Counted from the stretch's first letter, positions 52,732-62,891 are shown. The stretch: DNA of 64,000 nucleotides from Nitrosopumilus sp. (GCA_965224195.1 OZ245040.1:1600001-1664000), one strand, 5' to 3'. The notes: generated from the letters alone by a model not told the origin. Numbers and translations: made by a program.

Positions 52732-52899
52732 ATGCCCATCACAGACCCAGAAAAGAAACGAATTGCACAACAGGCACGCCTTGTAATGAGAATTTGCTTC
52801 AAATGTGGTGCTAGAAACGACATTGCCGCTACACGATGTAGAAAATGTAGAAATCCATACTTGAGATTAAAGAACAGAAATCTCGGTGTAAAGAAATAG
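52732..52899 (+). CDS. rpl40e: 50S ribosomal protein L40e (not in ORF track)
   Basis: MPITDPEKKRIAQQARLVMRICFKCGARNDIAATRCRKCRNPYLRLKNRNLGVKK. Confidence 0.93.
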   Translation: MPITDPEKKRIAQQARLVMRICFKCGARNDIAATRCRKCRNPYLRLKNRNLGVKK

Positions 52900-52901
52900 A
52901 A

Positions 52902-53150
52902 TTAAGAAATCATTAATCTTTGCCTATAATCTACAATTGCAGATTTTAATTCAACATTGTATTGTTTGACAAAGGATTTTGCCTCATCAGGATTGTCCAA
53001 TTCTTCAAAAGTCAGCTGTAAATCTTCAGGGAGTTGTTCATTCATTTGAAACAAAACTTTAGCAGCCTCTACATACTGCCCTAAATTATCAGCATATTCA
53101 AACGCTAATTTCATCCGGTCAATTAACACGTCAAATTCTTGTAAAGACAT
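52902..53150 (-). CDS. Hypothetical protein
   Basis: 82-aa ATG ORF, convergent with rpl40e. Confidence 0.7.
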   Translation of the reverse strand: MSLQEFDVLIDRMKLAFEYADNLGQYVEAAKVLFQMNEQLPEDLQLTFEELDNPDEAKSFVKQYNVELKSAIVDYRQRLMIS

Positions 53151-53244
53151 GAAAATTATTTTCAGAATTAGTAGAAAAGGTCAAGGTAATTGTGACATAA
53201 TCACATAGCAAAGACAAAAAAATAGCTTTTGAATTAATTTAGTT

Positions 53245-53340
53245 GGACCGGTCGTCTAGTTTGGTTTGGATGACGCACTCACACTGCGTAAGGAAATTAC
53301 TTTCCCGCAAAGGTCGTGGGTTCGAATCCCATCCGGTCTA
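53245..53340 (+). tRNA. tRNA-Val(CAC) with a 21-nt intron at non-canonical position 44/45
   Basis: Acceptor GGACCGG/CCGGTCT; anticodon arm ACGCA-CTCACAC-TGCGT; T-arm GTGGG-TTCGAAT-CCCAT; bulge-helix-bulge around 53291-53311. Confidence 0.92.
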
Positions 53341-53379
53341 TGTCGGTCATGGGTTTATTTACTAGAATCTACTAGGGAG

Positions 53380-53706
53380 TGTAGAATACCAAATAAGCTA
53401 AAGACGGTACTAAAAAGACTGGACAAACTTCCAGAGAGCCAGACAGGTATTATCTACGAGTTTAAAGGATATAAAGAAGACGAGGAGTGCTCAGAGCGTA
53501 ATGTTGTAAACTTGTTGGTGGTGTTAGAATTATTTGCACGGCATCGTGATGGGAAGAGCTTGTGTGATGTTACAAAAGAGGACATTTTGGGATTTTTGGA
53601 TCCAAGAAAAAAGTCACACGAGATAGACCCTGATGAGAAATGGAAGACTATATGGAACTATTGCCGCAACCACCTGGCAATCCTTTTACCGATGGTATAC
53701 CAATAA
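53380..53706 (+). pseudogene. Tyrosine integrase N-terminal (SAM-like) fragment next to the tRNA, truncated by an IS
   Basis: CSERNVVNLL..VTKEDILGFLD..DPDEKWKTIWN, resembling thaumarchaeal integrase N-termini. Confidence 0.7.
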
Positions 53707-53707
53707 G

Positions 53708-54700
53708 TACTTTGTCGAACAAATAACAATCTGATCAACTTTATTTCATAACAATAGCTTTGGATCTCACATTCTGACCATTCTCATGGTTAACTGGAAT
53801 CAATACAATGAAAAACTAGTCAGAAGAGGCGAGATCATAATGTCATTTGATGCTATTGATAACTGGCATAAGGAATTAGAGGTCATGAATCATAATAAAA
53901 GAGGCAGAAAGTCCAGGCTGTCCTGATTCATTCATGAAATTATTGGGTTATGCGAGAATCTATTTTGGACTGCCATTCAGACAAACAGAAGGAATGATAC
54001 GTGCATATTGTAATAGAATTCCAGCAGTTCCTGATTTCACATCAATCCACAAGAGAATAAACAAGCTTGACATCAAAACTGATGATTCCATTGGAGATAA
54101 TAATGAAATCATTTTGGCAATTGACAGCACAGGAATCAAGGTTGCAAACAGGGGCAAATGGATGAGACAGAAATGGCACATGAGGAGAGGATTTCTAAAA
54201 ATCCATGCTGGTGCCGATGTCAAATCAAAGAAAATAGTTTCACTCAAAATAACAGATGATTCATCCCATGATGCTGCACATCTGCCAGAACTGGTACAGC
54301 AGGCATCACAGAAAGGAAATGTAATCAAGGTTCTAGCTGATGGCGCATATGATTCAGAAAATAATTTCTCATATCTATACCACAACACAGATGCACTCCC
54401 TGCAATCAAAGTTAGAAAGACATCATCTCTCAAAACAAAATGTTATCCGAGAAAGAAATCAGTCTTGGCTCAAATGTATAATTTGGATTTGTGGAAGCGC
54501 AGCGTTAGCTATGGGGACAGGTGGATTGCAGAGTGTGTGTTTTCAACATTCAAAAGGATGTTTGGTGAGTATGTCATGGCTCACAAAAGAAAATACATGG
54601 CAAAGGAATTAAAATTAAAAGTCGGGCCGTACAATCTGTTTGCAGGTGCTTGAGGGAATGAAATCAAAAACTAGTTGGAAATGATTTGTTCGACAGAGTA
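53708..54700 (+). mobile_element. IS5-family (IS903-like) element with 17-bp TIRs; transposase frameshifted near 53920
   Basis: TACTTTGTCGAACAAAT / ATTTGTTCGACAGAGTA (16/17); NWNQYNEKLVRRG, IDSTGIK, ADGAYD; no target duplication. Confidence 0.92.
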
Positions 54701-55152
54701 GGGGGCAACAAAAACAAAGCTTGTTGAGTTGTATTATCATCATATATGTTAACAGTAACCGTAAATGAACCGCTTCTATCAAACTGTATAGGAAATGATA
54801 CTTTGCCGTTTGTTATGTGTGTTTTTGGATGTGATAAATAGATTAACCCATCATGGTCTATCGTCATATCAAAGTCAATATTGAGATGCATTATGTAAGT
54901 ATTGGAATTGTAAAAAACTAAACTAACATCGTTGTGATTTTTGTTTGGATTTTTATATACATTTAATAAAATATCCACATTGTTGAGTTGCTTGAGTTGT
55001 TCGGTTTGAGGTACCATAAAATATGTTTTAGATACAATAGGATCATTTGTCTTAAATTCTTCTGCTGTAAGATAAACACTATACCCAAGCCCAACAACAA
55101 CAATGCCAGCAGGTATGATAAATATGAACAGTTTATTCAAGATTATGGCCAA
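54664..55152 (-). CDS. Membrane-anchored protein, 3' end truncated by the IS
   Basis: N-terminal TM; the last codons are read from the IS right end. Confidence 0.6.
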   Translation of the reverse strand: MAIILNKLFIFIIPAGIVVVGLGYSVYLTAEEFKTNDPIVSKTYFMVPQTEQLKQLNNVDILLNVYKNPNKNHNDVSLVFYNSNTYIMHLNIDFDMTIDHDGLIYLSHPKTHITNGKVSFPIQFDRSGSFTVTVNIYDDNTTQQALFLLPPTLSNKSFPTSF

Positions 55153-56015
55153 TTAAAATGATAGCTAGATCTGAGTTGTGCCATATAATTTGTATAGCGA
55201 CAAACTTCGTCAGTGTCTATGTAAAGTGCACATTCATTTTCATCAGTCATCGCAGTGCCGTTTGAATAAACCATAAGATACGGAAATCCATGATTGTCAG
55301 GAAAATCAGATTGCATGTAATCATTCATGGTAGTAAAACATTTACGTAAATTACTACCATCATTATAAAATATACAGTATGGTTTGCCTTCAATATCTAT
55401 TGTTATTGGTTTTAGCATTGTTATACGTTGACAGTCTTTTTCCACACCTTTAAAAAGTGCACATCCATTTTCATCAGTCATTGCAGTACCGTTTGAATAA
55501 ACCATAAGATACGGTCCATGGTCTATAAATGAAGATCCTTTGTATTGTTTTAATTCCTGAATATTCCTAAAACATGCATAAAGATCAGACCCATCAGGAT
55601 AAAAAATGCAATATGGCTCATATCTACGATCAAGTTTGTCAAGCGGTTCTGCTACTTTTATCAAGGACTTCATTGAAGTACCACTATCCAAATTTACATT
55701 TACACATGCATTAAGATTGGCAGGGCAGTAATTCATGTATGATTGATTTTCATTGTGTGGTGAAAATTGCATAACACCTTCTTTGTCTGTAAATTTAGGC
55801 TTTTCTTGCAGTTTCTCAGATACTATACCCCATCCACGCTCAATTAGTTTTATGGCAGTATTTTCCTTTACACATGCAAGCTTACCATCATTTGTTTTCT
55901 CAAGAATTGTAAAGTAGCATTTATTTTCTAATCCCATAGTTTCAGGAACTGTTGAAAATATCACAACAACTAAAGATATGGTTAGTAATAGTAAGATATG
56001 CAAGATCAATACCAA
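55143..56015 (-). CDS. Secreted Cys-containing protein with an internal duplication
   Basis: Signal/TM; thaumarchaeal-type ACVKENTAIKLIERGW motif; PYCIFY..PYLMVYSNGTAMTDENxCAL occurs twice. Confidence 0.7.
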   Translation of the reverse strand: MVLILHILLLLTISLVVVIFSTVPETMGLENKCYFTILEKTNDGKLACVKENTAIKLIERGWGIVSEKLQEKPKFTDKEGVMQFSPHNENQSYMNYCPANLNACVNVNLDSGTSMKSLIKVAEPLDKLDRRYEPYCIFYPDGSDLYACFRNIQELKQYKGSSFIDHGPYLMVYSNGTAMTDENGCALFKGVEKDCQRITMLKPITIDIEGKPYCIFYNDGSNLRKCFTTMNDYMQSDFPDNHGFPYLMVYSNGTAMTDENECALYIDTDEVCRYTNYMAQLRSSYHFNWP

Positions 56016-56040
56016 AAATAGTAGTTATTAAACATTTGAT

Positions 56041-56418
56041 TTAATCCAGATCATAAAACTCCACAATATTTTCCCAAGGGCTAAAAATACTATAGTTCAT
56101 ACTTGAAGGACATTTGTCAAAGTTTTCTATTCCATTAATACCAACAGCAGCAAGTTCTTTATTATATGGCCTATGTGTATCAGTGCATAGTGTACCTTGA
56201 TGCATTCCAACAATATTTGCAGTTCCATCATCCATATGGATTATTGATCCTCCGCTATCCCCTAACATACTTGTATAATTTCCAATCATCATATCTTTAA
56301 AAACTATATTATGTTTTATAAATGTCAAATCAGTAAAATATAATATGCCATTTTTTATATTGTTTTCTTTTCCATACAAGTGTAATGAATCGCCATATTG
56401 TAATTTCGTGGAACCCAT
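56041..56418 (-). pseudogene. Trypsin-like serine protease, C-terminal fragment
   Basis: GDSGGSII..IVGMHQG..FSPWENI; His/Asp half missing. Confidence 0.65.
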
Positions 56419-56587
56419 ACCTTGTAGGGAGACACTCCTCCATCACAGAAAAGATAGACATTTTACTTGACCACCAGCTAACATCATTTGCAGGCTGGAC
56501 AGTAAACACTAAAAGAAGGGCAATATTAATCCGAAGCTTTTCCCAATCATATTAAAACATCATAGGTAATTTATCACTCGCAAGATA

Positions 56588-56809
56588 TCATTGCGGTGGT
56601 AGTTTATTGCCCATACACAACAACACCTCTCTATCCCATCTTTCTGGAATACACACATCTACAAGTTGATCCGTTCTACAAGTATTCCAATCATGTATTT
56701 TAGTATACTCTATATGACATTGAAAAAGATATACAATGTAAGGCGAAAAAAACAAAAAAATTGCAACTAGGACAATCATATAAATAATCTTAGTTGATAT
56801 CCAACGCAT
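56588..56809 (-). CDS. Small membrane protein
   Basis: Hydrophobic N-terminus; overlaps the stop of the upstream ORF. Confidence 0.4.
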   Translation of the reverse strand: MRWISTKIIYMIVLVAIFLFFSPYIVYLFQCHIEYTKIHDWNTCRTDQLVDVCIPERWDREVLLCMGNKLPPQ

Positions 56810-57653
56810 CTACAACATTTTCCCAAGGACTAAATATTTTGAATCGCCTATCAGCGTTTTCACAATCACGCTCATTCAATAAATCATGTGTAGACATTTT
56901 TATGCCATTATCCAATGTAATAGTACATGTTGAACCAACATGCAAACCCAATAACTGTGCGGTATTATTAACGTATTTTACAAATATAGGAGAATCACTA
57001 TCACCTCCTTGCGAATCATAATTGGCAGCTCCTTGTTTTATCAAAGTGTAATAATTATTAAAAGAACTACCAGGTATTGTATATCCCATTGTGGCAGTTA
57101 CATTGTATTGTTCCATAGTTCCACCATCATCATTATTTCTTCCTGCTATGTAAACAGGAATGGTTTTATCAACGTATGTATAACCGCCAAAGCTTGTTAT
57201 GTTAAAAATACTGTCATTGTATCGTAATTCATTTACATTAACATCAATATCAGAATTTGTAACATTAACATAAGCAACATCAGCCAGAACATTTGTACCA
57301 GAAAGAAGTGTTTTGTTGCCAAGTATATCACCTATCATGGCCTCTTGAAAACGATCTTTAAATTGACTATAACCTCCATTTTGATCCATATCACTTCGGT
57401 ATAATCCAAAGGTTATTGGATTTCTAGAAGCTTGCGGTTGCTCATAACAGACAAATTCATATTCATTATTTTTAACTTCGATAAATGTAATGTTGATAAA
57501 ATTTTCATTCCAATCTTTAATTTTTTCAGATACAAAAATAGCCTTTCCACGTTCAAAGAAATAAGGACATAATAACAAACCTTCATCATCTTCTGCATAG
57601 GCCATCCCTTCAAAATCAGGATACCATAAACTTGCAAATTCATTATTGTCCAC
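56790..57653 (-). CDS. Trypsin-like protease homologue, probably degenerate or partial
   Basis: ADVAYV, SQGGDSDSPIF (GDSG changed to GDSD), LLGLHVG, FSPWENV. Confidence 0.6.
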   Translation of the reverse strand: MDNNEFASLWYPDFEGMAYAEDDEGLLLCPYFFERGKAIFVSEKIKDWNENFINITFIEVKNNEYEFVCYEQPQASRNPITFGLYRSDMDQNGGYSQFKDRFQEAMIGDILGNKTLLSGTNVLADVAYVNVTNSDIDVNVNELRYNDSIFNITSFGGYTYVDKTIPVYIAGRNNDDGGTMEQYNVTATMGYTIPGSSFNNYYTLIKQGAANYDSQGGDSDSPIFVKYVNNTAQLLGLHVGSTCTITLDNGIKMSTHDLLNERDCENADRRFKIFSPWENVVDALDIN

Positions 57654-57721
57654 AATTTAACAAACATTACATTCTATTTTAGTATGGAACTAATGTACTA
57701 AATCCATAGTTATAGTTACAA

Positions 57722-58306
57722 TCAAATTCTACTGAAAATATCATAATACAGTTTTGAGAACTTTATTGCTTTTTTAGCCCCTTTTTCGGCGCCACTTTCA
57801 AGAATCATCCCTTCTTCTACTTGATATATTTGGGAAATTTTACGCATTATAGAGTATTCAGAAGTTTTTGTAAAATCTCCATCATGTTTCTTATCTCGTT
57901 TTACATGAACCAAAGGATTACGCATTTTTCGTAATTTATGCAACTGAGTACTTTCCTTTATTGTGATGTATTTTTCATTTTTTGCCAAATCAATAATTTG
58001 ACTAAATCCACAAGAATTTACAAAATCTAGATTTTTCTTGTCTTCTCTTAAATCATAATATCCCCTAAACGAATGTTTCAAACCTTCTTCAAAGGTCATT
58101 TGCATCATGACGATAGTTGCAAAAAACAATCCTTCAAGCCAACAACGATGTGCTTCAAAAAAGTATTCTTGTGCAATCATTCCACCTCCTAAACGTCCCT
58201 CAAATTCAATATTCAGTGATTTCAAGAAATCATTTCTTTGTACTCTTCCTGCAAAAAGCATTTCATCGGCTTGCCTAACAATGTTTTCTGAATCAGTTTT
58301 CAACAA
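57722..58306 (-). CDS. HEPN-domain protein (DUF4145-like)
   Basis: EAHRCWLEGLFFATIVM..FEEGL; Rx4H motif RNPLVH. Confidence 0.7.
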   Translation of the reverse strand: MLKTDSENIVRQADEMLFAGRVQRNDFLKSLNIEFEGRLGGGMIAQEYFFEAHRCWLEGLFFATIVMMQMTFEEGLKHSFRGYYDLREDKKNLDFVNSCGFSQIIDLAKNEKYITIKESTQLHKLRKMRNPLVHVKRDKKHDGDFTKTSEYSIMRKISQIYQVEEGMILESGAEKGAKKAIKFSKLYYDIFSRI

Positions 58307-58563
58307 AATATTTGCTATCTTGTTCTTTAAATCAGATATGTTTCAATTTTTAAAAAAGATTGCAATATTTTCATAATACAAAATCCTTATTACTAAATTT
58401 AACGTACTGTATGTATAATGGTAATTGAAGATTATGTAGAGTTTGGGATACCATTAGCTGATCTTGTTTTACAATATAGCGAACAACTTGTTGTGGGTTT
58501 GTCTGGAGCAGGAATTTTTGCACTTTTAAAAAATTAACTTAACTCGGCATGGTCATTGCTTTT

Positions 58564-58854
58564 TTAGGCACGGTCATTACGAGTTAAAAATTCAAGGCCC
58601 TTTTTTGTGAGTTGAATTTCATATACCATAAAAACAACAATGCCACCGATAGGTCTGTTTTTACGTCTCATGATAATTAATTGAGAATTGGACATAGCTC
58701 TTGTGACATCATACCATGAACTCATCGGTATGTCTAATTTAGCAGCGAATTCAGTAATCCAAGGATAACCATCACCAATTTTTATCAAAAAATTATTGTC
58801 AATCAAATACTCTATTAGAAATAATTTGTAATGATGATATTTCCCCTTTCGCAA
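58564..58854 (-). CDS. Winged-helix DNA-binding protein
   Basis: ITEFAAKLDIPMSSWYDVTRAM...IQLTKKGLEFL. Confidence 0.6.
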   Translation of the reverse strand: MRKGKYHHYKLFLIEYLIDNNFLIKIGDGYPWITEFAAKLDIPMSSWYDVTRAMSNSQLIIMRRKNRPIGGIVVFMVYEIQLTKKGLEFLTRNDRA

Positions 58855-58969
58855 GATAAATTTTATCTGAAATTTGAGCGTATTTAAGGAAAATTTGATA
58901 TTGTATATATAAAAATTATTTTATTATCAATATTTTCTAAATTTCGGGATTTATAGAATTTATGAATTT

Positions 58970-60118
58970 CTATATTTTTTCTATTTGTACTAATTGATCA
59001 TACAGATAAGCTTGTTCGGGTAACAAGTTTTTTATTAATTTCTCTTCGTCACTGTCTTTCCCATATTTAATTTTCAGTTCACTCATTATGCCTTTTTTTT
59101 CTTTCATTTCCAAGCCGAAAATTCTTTTTAATTCTATCAAGATAATAGTAATTTTTTTGGAAAGATCATCTAATTCAATTTTTTTTGCAAATTTTTTCAA
59201 AACTAACTTTACAAATACATTAATCAACAAAATGTCTATTATGTGAATATATGTTGGATAACGTGCTTTACCTAACATTTCAGTTGTAAATTTACCAAGA
59301 CGCCCTTCATAGGATTTGTTTAATTTTATATGAGTATCAATTTCTAATAATCCGCTTGAAAATATACCCAAATCTGCAAGTATGACATCAAATGATGGCG
59401 GATCATTTTTAAAAAAAGATATTTCATCATTGGATATTTTTTCAAAAGCATCTATGATTTCTGGAATTAATAGTTTCTCCGAACTAGATTTTATCAATGC
59501 GGCAATATCGTAAATTTGCTTTGGCACATCAAGTCCTCCTTCAGGATCAATTCCTATTGTGTTAAATGGAAGTGTTGTTAATTTATCACCAATTAAAGAG
59601 CCATGATCATAAACAGATAAAGGGAAATTTATCGGAAGTCCTATAATTTCAATGCCATTTTTTATTTTCTTTGATTGAATATTCATGTTATTTCCATAAA
59701 AAATCTCGATTTTTAGATCTGCTTCTTCATTGATTACTGATTTATACCCACAAAAATAGGTCAACAAAGGTAATTCCTTATTACTTACTTTTTTTGGAAC
59801 GTGTGGGTCGCCAATGTCTACTATTCCTTTGAGTTTTTCTGAAACTTTTTTCATTGCCTCAATTACTTCTTCTCTAGAATTTCCAGTTACAATGTCAATA
59901 TCAACACTAAGTCGTCGTAAAGTTTTATCATGTAGATGGAAAGGAACTGCCATTCCTCCTTTAACAACACAATCTGGAATTACCTCTTGAATGTGAGTTA
60001 ATACTTCAAAATCCATGATGAATTGTTCTAATGGTAATGAATCTCTAAACCCATGAGATTCCCTAATAGTGTCAATGCCTTCTTTATTCAAAATATCTTT
60101 GAAGTGTAGTTCTACCAC
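58970..60118 (-). CDS. AbiEii-family nucleotidyltransferase (type IV TA toxin)
   Basis: VVKGGMAV..RRLSVDIDI, KIEI, LIGDKLTTL, KQIYDI. Confidence 0.88.
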   Translation of the reverse strand: MVELHFKDILNKEGIDTIRESHGFRDSLPLEQFIMDFEVLTHIQEVIPDCVVKGGMAVPFHLHDKTLRRLSVDIDIVTGNSREEVIEAMKKVSEKLKGIVDIGDPHVPKKVSNKELPLLTYFCGYKSVINEEADLKIEIFYGNNMNIQSKKIKNGIEIIGLPINFPLSVYDHGSLIGDKLTTLPFNTIGIDPEGGLDVPKQIYDIAALIKSSSEKLLIPEIIDAFEKISNDEISFFKNDPPSFDVILADLGIFSSGLLEIDTHIKLNKSYEGRLGKFTTEMLGKARYPTYIHIIDILLINVFVKLVLKKFAKKIELDDLSKKITIILIELKRIFGLEMKEKKGIMSELKIKYGKDSDEEKLIKNLLPEQAYLYDQLVQIEKI

Positions 60119-62034
60119 TAAAATTCAGATCCCAAAATTTTTTTAACTAATTCTGATTTTTTGATAAAATTTGCATAAGTTTGCAAATTTTCATAATTAA
60201 TCAAAGTAGATCTTTTCATTGTTGCAAATATTCGTCTCAACTCTGAATTATCGAGTGGACCATTATGACTATGCGTTTCATTTACTAAATCAAGAAATGC
60301 TTTTTCAGGAGCAGCAATAGTAGACCCTCTAATTACGGCGTATTCTCTTATTGAAATAATTCTTTCAGTGGCAGGCATTTTTAGAAACACGTCTAACGCT
60401 TTTTTATCTGGCGCATATATAATAGTAAATTTTTCGTGGAATTTTTCTGCTAATAGCTCTGAAAGATATTCTCCTTTCTCAGGTTCGGTGTAAAGTGTAT
60501 AGATTATTTTCCCACGTGAGTTATGCAAATAGGGTGTAAGAGTAGATAACGCGGTAAATTGAAATTTGAATCCAAAGTTTTCTTTAAGATAGTCATGGAC
60601 TTCAACTAATTCATCGGTTAATTTGTAATTCGGAATATTTGGGATTTTTACTTCCCTCTCCCTAAAAATTTCTTTTTTATTGCTTTTTTCTGACCATGTG
60701 TTTAAAAATTCTTTGATATCATAATTTCTCTTTTCTATTAATTTTTCAAAGTTTGGATTTTCTCCAATCAATTTTATTTCTGAAGCAATTATTCCAATTA
60801 GGAATAAAGGATTTTTTACAAATCCAAATGCTTCATCGTCTTTATTTATTGTTACTTTGATCTTCGAATTTTGTTTTTCTATAATGTATAATGGCTCATT
60901 TTTGAGGGATTTTATGCCTATTTTCATCAAACTATTTCCTACTTTTGTCTCAAAAGGTTCAGTATTATCCAATAATTCTTGTGAAGTTTTTGAACGTACA
61001 CTACGCTCAAGATATTGTGCAGAAGATTTCTTAGTAAAATAATCAAATACAGATTCAACAGATACAGTGTTTTCACTTTTAGATTTTGATGATTGTATTA
61101 TTTGTTTGAATTCAAGAGAGGATCTGAAAACATTAACTGCTTTTTCATATTCTTGACTTTCTTCAATGAATGCACTTTTGTTAAAGTTTACAGGGACATG
61201 ATCTAAATTTAATTCTCCAATTATCTTTGCATTTTCAGGATGTGGAGGAAATCCAAATTTTTCATATGCTTTTATCAGTCTTCCATTTCTAAATAAATGA
61301 AGTCCATAGTGTCCCTTTATAGAACGTTTTTTTAGTAATGCAACATAACCGTTAATTTTTTTTCCAAAATCTAATTCAATCTGTATATTTTTTTTAGTTC
61401 CGTCTACAATGTTAGGTTTTGAAGGTTTGCAAAAAACCGTATTAATTTGAATTGAAATTTGTTCTGTATTCAAATAAGGAAAATATCGTATACCAAAACT
61501 TTCTTTGAATTTTGAAACTTGGTTGGGATATAATGGTACATTTAATTCAGAAATTATAATTCTCGTCCCATGCCAATTTTCTTCATCCGTTAAAGTTTTT
61601 TCAGTGACAACAAAATTTTTCCAGTTTTGTGTGTCATCAGATAACCAATTTTTTTCATCATACTCTGCAGAATATTCTTTATTAGAATTAATTTTAGATG
61701 TAATAATAATAAATTTTTTTCCCAATGCAGAACATGCACTTTTCATTCCAATCCCAAATTGTCCTAATTCACCATCAATTTTTGTTCCCTTTGCAATAGT
61801 CATTGCATTTGTAAGGTCTTGTTTATCCATACCAGAACCATCATCTCTTATTCCGATCCATTTTTTTTGAAAATCTAAATGAATATCGATTATTTCTTTT
61901 TCATCAGAAATTCTTGCATCAATAGAATTATCTAGCAATTCAGCAACTGCTTGTTCTGTCCGATACCCAACAAGACCTAGTTTTTGGATAAGGGACTTGT
62001 CTGGAGTGATATCTACATGAAAATTATTATCCAT
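60118..62034 (-). CDS. GHKL/MORC-type ATPase fused to a C-terminal AbiEi-like domain
   Basis: ELLDNSIDA, IRDDGSGM, GQFGIGMKSA, HGTRI, FRNGRLI, VNFNKS; C-terminal TIAAPEKAFLDL; TAGTG overlap with the AbiEii start. Confidence 0.8.
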   Translation of the reverse strand: MDNNFHVDITPDKSLIQKLGLVGYRTEQAVAELLDNSIDARISDEKEIIDIHLDFQKKWIGIRDDGSGMDKQDLTNAMTIAKGTKIDGELGQFGIGMKSACSALGKKFIIITSKINSNKEYSAEYDEKNWLSDDTQNWKNFVVTEKTLTDEENWHGTRIIISELNVPLYPNQVSKFKESFGIRYFPYLNTEQISIQINTVFCKPSKPNIVDGTKKNIQIELDFGKKINGYVALLKKRSIKGHYGLHLFRNGRLIKAYEKFGFPPHPENAKIIGELNLDHVPVNFNKSAFIEESQEYEKAVNVFRSSLEFKQIIQSSKSKSENTVSVESVFDYFTKKSSAQYLERSVRSKTSQELLDNTEPFETKVGNSLMKIGIKSLKNEPLYIIEKQNSKIKVTINKDDEAFGFVKNPLFLIGIIASEIKLIGENPNFEKLIEKRNYDIKEFLNTWSEKSNKKEIFREREVKIPNIPNYKLTDELVEVHDYLKENFGFKFQFTALSTLTPYLHNSRGKIIYTLYTEPEKGEYLSELLAEKFHEKFTIIYAPDKKALDVFLKMPATERIISIREYAVIRGSTIAAPEKAFLDLVNETHSHNGPLDNSELRRIFATMKRSTLINYENLQTYANFIKKSELVKKILGSEF

Positions 62035-62096
62035 ATGAAAAGAACTTAAATCTAGAATTTAAGACTTTTTCTCGTTTTATGCTCATTTGAGCCTGC

Positions 62097-62161
62097 ATAT
62101 ACAGTATATACAATTTGTATATACTGTATATATCTAGAAAATATTGGTTTTTCTAGATATA
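62097..62161. promoter_or_regulatory. Two adjacent palindromes upstream of the ATPase-AbiE operon (candidate operators)
   Basis: ATATACAGTATATACAA-T-TTGTATATACTGTATAT (17-bp arms) and TATATCTAGAAAA-7nt-TTTTCTAGATATA (13-bp arms). Confidence 0.6.
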
Positions 62162-62259
62162 AGTTCATTATTTAAATACTATTTTTTTCAAAGTTGTATT
62201 TAAACAAAGCGTAAGATCATTGACAGAAATTTATTCAATACATTATGAAATTATCAAAT

Positions 62260-62415
62260 TTATTCATCATAATCTTCTTCATCTAATTCACTTTCGGAAA
62301 TCATACGTCCATAATCATCACAATCAAAATTAGCACATTCATAAAAGTCAAAAGGACTTTTATTCATTGGCTTTCCACATGATTCACAAATTGCCAATAT
62401 AACCCAAGGAGACAT
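62260..62415 (-). CDS. 51-aa Zn-ribbon protein (not in ORF track)
   Basis: MSPWVILAICESCGKPM..FYECANFDC..acidic tail. Confidence 0.5.
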   Translation of the reverse strand: MSPWVILAICESCGKPMNKSPFDFYECANFDCDDYGRMISESELDEEDYDE

Positions 62416-62579
62416 TTTTAGTCCATCTCAAATATCACTTTACGTGGTTTGATTCCTTTATTTGAAATTTCTATAAATTTTTTTTGGTATTGAACATGTT
62501 ACATGACCACGATTATCCATTTTGCAATTTGATAATTTTATATCATCTGTCATTGACAAAATAAAAACAAACAGGTACT

Positions 62580-62891
62580 TTAACTTTCCAGAGAATATGA
62601 AACATTAGTTTTTTTATTTACATCATTTCCAAAGGATAAAGAAACTTGTTTTAGTGGAACAGCAACAAGCAATTTTTGTTCAACATTACTTTCAATTCGT
62701 TTAGTTTTTTTATATTCATTAATCAAATGTAAAACTACATCACCGTAACTAATATTGATTGTTGATTTTGTTCCTAAATTAATTATAATTTTTAATTCAT
62801 CAAGTTGTCGTTTGATTTTTTTATTAATCATTGCTTGTGAAAATCTTTTACGTGAAAATCTTTTCATATGTATCGATACACATAGTTTCAT
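62580..62891 (-). CDS. Small putative DNA-binding protein
   Basis: KIKRQLDELK..ISYGDVVLHLI, a ribbon-helix-helix/antitoxin-like pattern. Confidence 0.45.
   Translation of the reverse strand: MKLCVSIHMKRFSRKRFSQAMINKKIKRQLDELKIIINLGTKSTINISYGDVVLHLINEYKKTKRIESNVEQKLLVAVPLKQVSLSFGNDVNKKTNVSYSLES

Noticed and set aside
53266-53380. N-terminal part of ORF 53266..53706
   Set aside because: It runs through the tRNA gene; only the downstream part looks like integrase.
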